11,435 nt of DNA from an uncultured Myxococcales bacterium (GTDB lineage Bacteria; Myxococcota; UBA4151), in the NCBI GenBank assembly GCA_964013405.1, contig CAXGWI010000114.1, forward strand, positions 1 to 11,435, in the 5' to 3' direction. This document shows, in pieces, positions 5,513 to 11,435 of the stretch. How positions within the stretch are numbered: the first letter of the stretch is position 1; each line of letters opens with the position of its first letter. A program made the position numbers and the translations under genes. The notes under the pieces are model-generated. The model saw nothing but the letters and a program-made list of their open reading frames with translations, was not told the DNA's origin and did not search any database.

Positions 5513-7405
5513 GTGAAGCGCCTATCCATTCTTCTGCTCGCCCTCTCCGCCTGTGCCCACCGGCCCAGCTTAAGCCGGGTCCAAGTGGTCTGCCCACCCA
5601 AGGCTGAAGTCTACGTCGAAGGCACCCTGCGCGGGGTGCACTTGGGGGAAGCCCAGCTCCCATTCGGTGCCTTTCAGCTCCGCTGTGAAGACCCGGAAAC
5701 AGGGCAGTTCTACCTGCAAAACTTGGTGGCCCAAGCCCCGGAAGAACGCTTCGACTTCAAACACCTGGAGTGGAAGAAAGAACCCGAGCCAGAGCCCCCA
5801 CCCCTGCCCAAAAACCCCAGGACTGAGCCCGACGAGGAGCTGCTCAGCAAACCCCAACTCTTTAAGGAAGGGGCCCCCGCCACCGTCATGCTGCTCGCCT
5901 ATCGCAGCCGCACCGCTGTGGGCACCGGGGTCATCATCAGCCCGGACGGGCTGGTCGTCACCAACAAACACGTGGTGAAGAATGCCCGCAAGATCATCGG
6001 CTTTCTCTACGATGCCGACGCAGGCCCCAGCAGCACCAGCCTGCGGGAGTTCGTCAGCGCCAACAAAGAAGAAGCCAAACTCCTCAAACTCGTCCGCGAA
6101 CACCCTCGCCTCGATCTCGCCCTCCTTCGGCTGCCGAAAGCAGATGGCCCCTACCCCTACATCGAGCCCCACACCGCCGGCGAGCTCGAGGTGGGTGAAG
6201 AGGTCGTCGCCATCGGCAACCCCGATGGACTGAGTTGGACACTCACCTCCGGCAACGTCAGTCAGATTCGCAAAGACGCGATCCAGCACCAAGCCCCCAT
6301 CAATCCGGGCAACTCAGGGGGCCCACTCCTCGATCGGCGGGGACGACTGGTCGGCATCAACACCTACATCCGCAACTCCGTCGAACGGCAAGGCCGACGG
6401 CAAGTGGCCCTCGGTGGATTAGGCTTTGCCCTGCCAGCCGATGAAGTCACGAGCTTGGTTCGAGGGGGTAACATCTTTGTCGATAGCAACGATCTAAGCG
6501 GCGAAAAGACCGTGACAGATCCCGGGCTCTGGACGCCGACCCGGATCCAAGTCGCCCTGCTGGGCGGCGCCATGAAACACTGGCTGGAAGGCAGCGCCCC
6601 CCGAGCCCACAGCCTGCAAGTGGCGGCTGACATCCTCGCCGCCACCAACCTCAGTGGACGCAGCACCTTCACTCGCCCCCTGGATGGCGACTGGCTCAAC
6701 GGCGGCCTTGAAGCCTCCGTCGACGCCATTCCCGAAGCCCACCGGGAAGCGGTCAATGAGCTGCTGCAGAAGAGCTGGCCCCGGGGCTTTCGCGACCACC
6801 AAGGCTACCTCTGGCTCTTTCAAGCCAGTGCGGGACGCTACCAGAAGGCCCTGTCCGTGCGGGCCTGGACCATCGACGATACCGAGGGGGACCTCTACGC
6901 CGTTAAAGAGGACGGCAAACTCTACCAACTACGCCCCAGCGGTGAAACCACCCAGGCCATGGGTCTAGACCGTGTGGTCGCCGTCCAGGCCAGTGAAGGC
7001 CGGCTCTACGCCATGCGCCTCGATCGGGGCATTCAAATCTATCACCGAGGCGAATGGCGCCCCTTGGGTCGCTCCACGGTGGCCGCCGATCTCCTCGCCA
7101 CCCGGGGGCACCTCTATGTCCTCGACAAAGAACAAGACCTCTTCCACCTCAATCGGGGGAACTGGGCGAATAAGGGCAATCCCATCGCCAACAACGTGAT
7201 GGACCTGGCCGCCAGCGGCGGTCACTGGTACGGCATCGACAAAGCCCGCCGGGTCTATTCCGGCGACCTGGGGCGCTACATCGACCGGGATGGGGACGCC
7301 GCGGCAGTCACGGCCATCGGCCGGGACCTGCTCCTCTTTACCCGGGACACGAAGCTCTACCGCTTCCGCATGGCCGATCGCCGCTGGGAAGGCAGCAACG
7401 ATTGA
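5513..7405 (+). CDS. Lipoprotein: PEGA-like domain + Pro-rich linker + S1C/HtrA-type trypsin-like serine protease + C-terminal repeat beta-propeller (about 630 aa)
   Basis: (M)KRLSILLLALSA-C lipobox; PEGA-like PPKAEVYVEG; linker EPEPEPPPLP; catalytic triad TNKHVV / DLALL / INPGNSGGPL; motifs GTGVII and VVAIGNP. No PDZ. The C-terminal 34-38 aa repeats are centred on GDLY, GRLY, GHLY, GHWY and RDLL. The 5366 start overlaps clpB and is unlikely. Confidence 0.88.
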   Translation: MKRLSILLLALSACAHRPSLSRVQVVCPPKAEVYVEGTLRGVHLGEAQLPFGAFQLRCEDPETGQFYLQNLVAQAPEERFDFKHLEWKKEPEPEPPPLPKNPRTEPDEELLSKPQLFKEGAPATVMLLAYRSRTAVGTGVIISPDGLVVTNKHVVKNARKIIGFLYDADAGPSSTSLREFVSANKEEAKLLKLVREHPRLDLALLRLPKADGPYPYIEPHTAGELEVGEEVVAIGNPDGLSWTLTSGNVSQIRKDAIQHQAPINPGNSGGPLLDRRGRLVGINTYIRNSVERQGRRQVALGGLGFALPADEVTSLVRGGNIFVDSNDLSGEKTVTDPGLWTPTRIQVALLGGAMKHWLEGSAPRAHSLQVAADILAATNLSGRSTFTRPLDGDWLNGGLEASVDAIPEAHREAVNELLQKSWPRGFRDHQGYLWLFQASAGRYQKALSVRAWTIDDTEGDLYAVKEDGKLYQLRPSGETTQAMGLDRVVAVQASEGRLYAMRLDRGIQIYHRGEWRPLGRSTVAADLLATRGHLYVLDKEQDLFHLNRGNWANKGNPIANNVMDLAASGGHWYGIDKARRVYSGDLGRYIDRDGDAAAVTAIGRDLLLFTRDTKLYRFRMADRRWEGSND

Positions 7406-7456
7406 CGCAACCCTGAGCTCTTGCGCACGATAATACCTGCGTAGAGGACAGCGTTC

Positions 7457-8209
7457 ATGCCCCAAGCGAGCTTTCACACCGTGGTCTCCGGCGATACCTT
7501 TGGTCGTATCGCCCGAGTGAACGGCCTCAGCGTCAAAGCCCTGGAGGACATGAACCCACAGATCCTCGACACCGCTCGGATTCACCCCGGTGATCGAGTC
7601 TGGTTGAGCGCCGCAGAGGCCCGGGCTGAGGTCCATGGGGATGCCTTCGTCGGCCGGGCGGAGCGTCCCCAAAGTGATGGCTACCAGCCCGTCACGCTGG
7701 ACCAACTCCGGACCATCTTTCCCCAGACCTCCCGGCAAAAACTGAGCAGCATGCTGGGCCCCCTCAACCGGGCCATGAACGAATTCGACATCAACACACC
7801 GGCCCGCCAACGGGCCTTCCTGGCCCAAGTGGGGCATGAGTCGATGGGCCTGCAGCGAACCCGGGAGTTTGCCAGCGGTCGGGCCTACGAAGGCCGAAGG
7901 GACCTGGGCAACACCGAGCCAGGGGACGGCCGGCGCTTCCGGGGTCGAGGTCTGCTGCAAATCACCGGCCGAGCCAACTACAAGGAGATGGGCAAGGCCC
8001 TGGACCTCGATCTCCTTCGCAACCCCCACCTGCTGGAGCTGCCGATGAGCGCAGCCCGCAGCGCAGGACAGTTCTGGAAGTCCCGGGGGCTCAACGAGCT
8101 CGCCGACCGGGGCGCCTTTACGAAGATCACCCGCCGCATCAACGGCGGGCTGCGGGGTCAAGCGGATCGAATCAAGTATCTGCGCCGGGCCGAGCGCGCC
8201 ATTCCTTAA
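7457..8209 (+). CDS. LysM domain + glycoside hydrolase family 19 (lysozyme/chitinase-like, endolysin-type) protein, 250 aa
   Basis: LysM: HTVVSGDTFGRIAR..GLSVKALEDMNPQI...RIHPGDRV. GH19: AFLAQVGHES, TREFASG, LGNTEPGDGRRFRGRGLLQITGRANY, SAGQFW, ITRRINGG...DR. GAGG Shine-Dalgarno; no signal peptide visible. Confidence 0.93.
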   Translation: MPQASFHTVVSGDTFGRIARVNGLSVKALEDMNPQILDTARIHPGDRVWLSAAEARAEVHGDAFVGRAERPQSDGYQPVTLDQLRTIFPQTSRQKLSSMLGPLNRAMNEFDINTPARQRAFLAQVGHESMGLQRTREFASGRAYEGRRDLGNTEPGDGRRFRGRGLLQITGRANYKEMGKALDLDLLRNPHLLELPMSAARSAGQFWKSRGLNELADRGAFTKITRRINGGLRGQADRIKYLRRAERAIP

Positions 8210-9167
8210 GTTCAGCCCGTAAACGGTCGAGCCCATCGTGGGGCAAGCCCGCCTCCGCGGCCCGACGAGACCAGGTCTCCAACATCGCCAGTGTCTGCGC
8301 CCCCACCTTGGTGAAGTGCACCCGCAAAAAGGTCTCTAAATCAAAAGGCGGGAGCCAAGGCCCGCCATAGGTGATGGCCTTGAGAATCCACGGCCTGTTC
8401 AGCAATCCTGGCAGGCGTGGGGCCGACCCGTACACGCTGCGGACCACCTCGAGGGCCTCCCGGCCGGCCTCTTGGGCGATCCCCAATCCCGAATGGCGAC
8501 GCAGGGCCCGAAAACGCCACCCCGACAGTTCAAGAGCGACAAGATAAGGCTGAAAGACCGCAGCGACCGCAGCCGAAGCACGCCCGACATCCACGTGACT
8601 GGCAGCCTTGCCTCCCCCCTGCTCAAGCGCCCAGATGACCCAGTCCCGGCGAGCCGCCTCACCGGAAAACGGCGTGGGGGAAAAGGGCGGACAGTACCAG
8701 GCAATCCCCGGCGAAACCTCCCGATCCGAGCCGGGCAAAGGCGCCTGAAAACTCATGAAGGGGATCATGCCCAAAACCACCTGCTCTTCGGGCACAAAGC
8801 GGCAAATGCGGGCCTTGTCCTCCAAACCGGGCGTCAGCGACACCAAGGTGCCCTCACCAACGACCTGGGCCAGCTCCGCGAGCCATGCTTCGCTCAAGGC
8901 CGTGGAAGCCACACAAAGCCAGACTTGATCCCAGGTCGTCCCAGCGGCTTCGCCAAGGTCGTCGATGACCCCGTAATCCCCTAAGGGCTCACCCCGCCAC
9001 TTGGAGCGATTCAGGGGGTAGACCGTCTGCCCCACCCCCATCGCCTCCGTATACTTGGGCTTCACAAGAAAGCTCAGTTGGGCCCCGCCCCGCAGCAGCC
9101 AATAGGCATAGGCCTGACCCACGGCCCCGGCCCCCACCACGAGGATTTGGGGCTCGGCCTCGTTCAT
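8172..9167 (-). CDS. Ketopantoate reductase (ApbA/PanE)-like NAD(P)-dependent oxidoreductase, divergent, 331 aa
   Basis: Rossmann motif ILVVGAGAVGQAYA, plus ApbA-like DQVWLCVAS and LVSLTPGL. The ATG overlaps the upstream stop (ATGA at 9167-9164). Canonical PanE C-terminal motifs are not recognisable. Confidence 0.7.
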   Translation of the reverse strand: MNEAEPQILVVGAGAVGQAYAYWLLRGGAQLSFLVKPKYTEAMGVGQTVYPLNRSKWRGEPLGDYGVIDDLGEAAGTTWDQVWLCVASTALSEAWLAELAQVVGEGTLVSLTPGLEDKARICRFVPEEQVVLGMIPFMSFQAPLPGSDREVSPGIAWYCPPFSPTPFSGEAARRDWVIWALEQGGGKAASHVDVGRASAAVAAVFQPYLVALELSGWRFRALRRHSGLGIAQEAGREALEVVRSVYGSAPRLPGLLNRPWILKAITYGGPWLPPFDLETFLRVHFTKVGAQTLAMLETWSRRAAEAGLPHDGLDRLRAELKEWRARPGADT

Positions 9168-10264
9168 TCACCCAGCTCGGCGGCTAAAGCCGCCCGGTCC
9201 CCATCCAGGGCCGGCGAGGGGCCCAAGGCCACCGTCGCCATGGGCAAACCGGTCAACAACCTCAGGGTCTCACGCCCATCAGGGCGGGCCACCAAGCGCC
9301 CGCGCTGGCGCAGATCGGGATTCGCCATGGCTTCCGCCAAGCCTAAGACCGGCTCCACACAACAGTCGGCGGGCCCCAACACCTCCATCCAGGCCGAGTT
9401 CGTCTTAGACTTTAAATGGCCCGCGACAGCCTCGATCGTCGCTGGCGCTTCAGGTCCCATGATGGGTGCCTTTTTGAGATGCTCGAGCCCCGCCGCCGAA
9501 AGAAAGCGCTGCCAAAAGACCGGCTCCAAAGCCCCCACCGCCAGATGCCCGTCGGCGGTCTCGTAAATGCGATAATTGGGCAACAAACCCGTGAGCAGAT
9601 CGTCCCCAAGGCCCGGCTCGCCGGCACCACCGCCCATCCGGGCCTGAGCGAGGACGAGTAAGGCGAGCAGGCCCTCGCTCATGGCGATGTCGAGGCAACA
9701 GCCTTCTCCCGTCTTCCCCCGTTGAATCAGGGCGGCGAGGATAGCGGTCACAGCCTGAAAGCCGCCCCCTACCATATCCGCAATGGGCGGTCCTGGAACC
9801 ACGGGGCCCCCAGCCCCATTGCCGGTGATCCCCAAGATGCCGGCCGCCGCATTGTAGTTGAGGTCGTGTCCCGCTTGATCCTTGCGGGCCCCGGTCTGCC
9901 CATAGCCAGTGATCGAACAATAGATCAGTCGAGGGTTCTCCTGACGCAGGGTCTCCCCATCCACACCCAGCCGGGCTGCCACCCCCGGACGCCAACCTTC
10001 CAAGACCACATCCGCCGTTAAGGCGAGCTTAAAGAAGAGGTCTTTATCCTCTTCTTTTTTCAGGTTTAATGCGATGCTTTTCTTACCCCGGTTCACCGCA
10101 TCGAAGGTCTGGGGTGATGGAGGCGTAAAGCGCATGGCGTCGCCATAGGGCGGCTCAACCTTAATGACCTCAGCGCCCAACTCGGCGAGACAAAGCCCAC
10201 AAAATGGCCCCGGTAACAGAGGCGTGAGTTCTAGGACTCGAATGCCCTCAAGTGCGAAAGCCAT
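9164..10264 (-). CDS. Family III CoA-transferase (CaiB/BaiF) superfamily protein, alpha-methylacyl-CoA racemase-like (about 366 aa)
   Basis: LEGIRVLEL..LLPGPFC..LAELGAEVIKVEPP.GD, NRGKKSIALNLK, ADVVLEGWRPGVAARLG, NPRLIYCSITGYGQTG, AGHDLNY (racemase-type His-Asp), PIADMVGG (catalytic Asp) and VGALEP.FW. Start at ATG 10264 (MAFALEG). Confidence 0.92.
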   Translation of the reverse strand: MAFALEGIRVLELTPLLPGPFCGLCLAELGAEVIKVEPPYGDAMRFTPPSPQTFDAVNRGKKSIALNLKKEEDKDLFFKLALTADVVLEGWRPGVAARLGVDGETLRQENPRLIYCSITGYGQTGARKDQAGHDLNYNAAAGILGITGNGAGGPVVPGPPIADMVGGGFQAVTAILAALIQRGKTGEGCCLDIAMSEGLLALLVLAQARMGGGAGEPGLGDDLLTGLLPNYRIYETADGHLAVGALEPVFWQRFLSAAGLEHLKKAPIMGPEAPATIEAVAGHLKSKTNSAWMEVLGPADCCVEPVLGLAEAMANPDLRQRGRLVARPDGRETLRLLTGLPMATVALGPSPALDGDRAALAAELGE

Positions 10265-10275
10265 CTTGCAGTACC

Positions 10276-10878
10276 CTAGGGACAGTCCGCCGTCGCACCG
10301 GCAGCGATCCAACGCTCGATCTGAGCGATCTGATCAGCATCGAGATAAGGTCCGCCTTGGGGCATCTGATCGCCACCACCGCCGTTGCGCACTTCGTCCT
10401 GGGTACCCCGCAACTTGTTGAGCAAATAACTCATGGCCGGATTGCCCTCCACCACGGTGAACAGGCGAGAGTTACCGACACCGTTGACGAGACTGTTCTG
10501 CAGGGCTGCAGGGGAGGAATGGTCGATGTGAAGACCACCGGGAGGGTTTTGCTCGGCCGGGCGACCGTGGCAATAACCGTTGCTGCAGGTGCTTAGCGTC
10601 CCCGAGGCGTGAATGGCGCAGATGTCATCGCCGGCCGGGCCCGGGGCCCCCGCATCGACCGGTGCTGCACCCGCATCCACCGGCGCCCCCCCATCGGCCG
10701 GGGCCGAGCCCCCATCGGCCGGGGCTGAACCGGCGTCGTGATCACCATGACCTGCATCGGCCTGGTTCTGCCCCCCATCGGCCTCCTGACAATTGGCCCC
10801 CGTGCAGGGCGGATCATCGGGCTCCTCTCCACCACAGGCAGCGAAAACAAAAAGGGCGAGCACGAGAAATTGACGCAT
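10276..10878 (-). CDS. Lipoprotein with DAG/DGG low-complexity linker and C-terminal monoheme cytochrome-c-like domain (atypical CX4CH), 200 aa
   Basis: MRQFLVLALFVFAA-C lipobox and GGAG Shine-Dalgarno. CSNGYCH...GGLHI...VVEGNPAMSYLLNKL...QMP...L...QI..I.RWI..GA resembles the planctomycete/myxobacterial cytochrome c (PSCyt1-like) pattern, with the Met of MP as candidate distal ligand. Confidence 0.75.
   Translation of the reverse strand: MRQFLVLALFVFAACGGEEPDDPPCTGANCQEADGGQNQADAGHGDHDAGSAPADGGSAPADGGAPVDAGAAPVDAGAPGPAGDDICAIHASGTLSTCSNGYCHGRPAEQNPPGGLHIDHSSPAALQNSLVNGVGNSRLFTVVEGNPAMSYLLNKLRGTQDEVRNGGGGDQMPQGGPYLDADQIAQIERWIAAGATADCP
10640..10790 (-). repeat. Coding low-complexity repeat (ADGG/DAG motifs; 21-bp tandem unit)
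   Basis: CCCCCATCGGCCGGGGC occurs at 10688-10704 and 10709-10725. The region encodes EADGG, QADAG, HDAG, SAPADGG twice and APVDAG twice. Confidence 0.8.
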
Positions 10879-10899
10879 AGTTGAGCACTCCTACCGGTC

Positions 10900-10930
10900 A
10901 CACTAACGATGAATGTCCGTTGACATCAAC
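10900..10930. promoter_or_regulatory. Overlapping divergent promoter elements / palindrome GTTGA-CA-TCAAC
   Basis: Minus strand: TTGATG (10929-10924), 18 nt, TAGTGT (10905-10900). Plus strand: perfect TTGACA (10920-10925) with no strong -10. Inverted repeats GTTGA/TCAAC (10919-10930) and ATGTC/GACAT (10913-10926). Confidence 0.45.
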
Positions 10931-10954
10931 CGCCCTAAACGATTCACAAGCCCT

Positions 10955-11419
10955 ATGAACGCTCGCCTCGTTTTCGTCCTCTGTATCGCTTGTTCCTCAC
11001 CCCAGCCTCCCGCCGCCGATGCGGGGGCAGCAGCCCAGGCCGCACAACCGGCGCTCCAAGAGCTCACCATCGCCACTCGAGGCAACCTGATGGCCTATGA
11101 CCAAGGGGAGCTACGGGTTCGGGCCGGGGGGCGCCTGCGGGTCACCTTCGTCAATCCCGCTGAAGCGACCATGGATCACAACATCGTCTTTGTCCTCGCA
11201 GGCCAGACCCAGATCGTCGCGGAACAATGCACCGATGAAGGCTCCCTCAAGCCCAAGGCAGAGGCCCTCAAACAGGTGCTCGCCCAAAGCGAGACCATCG
11301 GCCCGGGCAAAAGCACGGTGGTCGAGTTTGAGACACCGGCCCCCGGTCGCTACGAGTACGTGTGCACCGTCCGGGGCCACTCCCAAACGATGCGGGGCTG
11401 GCTGATCGTCGAGCCCTAG
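10955..11419 (+). CDS. Azurin/auracyanin-like type 1 (blue) copper protein, probable lipoprotein (about 154 aa)
   Basis: Type 1 Cu ligands: His in MDHNIV and Cys/His/Met in YEYVCTVRGHSQTMRG. Cupredoxin strands MAYDQGELRV.AG and IGPGKS..VEF..P.PG.Y. N-terminus RLVFVLCIA-C is lipobox-like, followed by a Pro/Ala/Gln linker. The start could alternatively be 10913. Confidence 0.9.
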   Translation: MNARLVFVLCIACSSPQPPAADAGAAAQAAQPALQELTIATRGNLMAYDQGELRVRAGGRLRVTFVNPAEATMDHNIVFVLAGQTQIVAEQCTDEGSLKPKAEALKQVLAQSETIGPGKSTVVEFETPAPGRYEYVCTVRGHSQTMRGWLIVEP

Positions 11420-11435
11420 CCTTCCTCTTCGACCT

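Noticed and set aside
7457..8209. Prophage or lysis cassette
   Set aside because: No holin, spanin, structural, integrase or att features lie next to the GH19 gene.
6965..8236. 423-aa minus-strand ORF (also shadow ORFs 631-1185, 4427-5080, 5570-6292, 8472-8984, 9450-9995)
   Set aside because: These are antisense or off-frame shadows of well-supported genes, expected in high-GC DNA with few stop codons, and carry no recognisable motifs.
10640..10790. CRISPR array or non-coding repeat
   Set aside because: The repeats are short, degenerate, in frame with a 21-bp period and lack unique spacers; they encode a protein linker.
10919..10930. FNR/CRP box
   Set aside because: The half-sites TTGA/TCAA are separated by only 2 nt, not the TTGAT-N4-ATCAA or TGTGA-N6-TCACA geometry.

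Overview
GC-rich bacterial chromosomal window with no integrase, transposase, CRISPR array or phage structural gene. Several features point to a Myxococcota/deltaproteobacterial host (inference): a tmRNA tag ANDDLDMALAA, an AgmX/PglI-type C-terminal domain, and PEGA-like and DAG-repeat lipoproteins. Left half, minus strand: tmRNA (ssrA, 44-407), a tandem-PAS class III adenylate cyclase, a small secreted AgmX/PglI (TonB-C-like) protein, a tRNA-Gln(CUG)/tRNA-Glu(CUC) pair with a clear intrinsic terminator, and clpB preceded by a sigma54-like -24/-12 motif. Divergent from clpB on the plus strand: a lipoprotein with a PEGA-like / HtrA-type protease / repeat beta-propeller architecture and no PDZ, followed by a LysM-GH19 lysozyme/chitinase-like gene without a signal peptide. 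Right part: a coupled CaiB/AMACR-like plus divergent ketopantoate-reductase-like pair, then a divergent pair of putative redox lipoproteins (a CX4CH cytochrome-c-like protein and an azurin/auracyanin-like blue copper protein) whose predicted -35 boxes overlap inside a small palindrome. The best candidates for undescribed biology are the protease-propeller plus LysM-GH19 pair and the heme/copper divergon. All product calls come from reading motifs by eye; no database searches were run.
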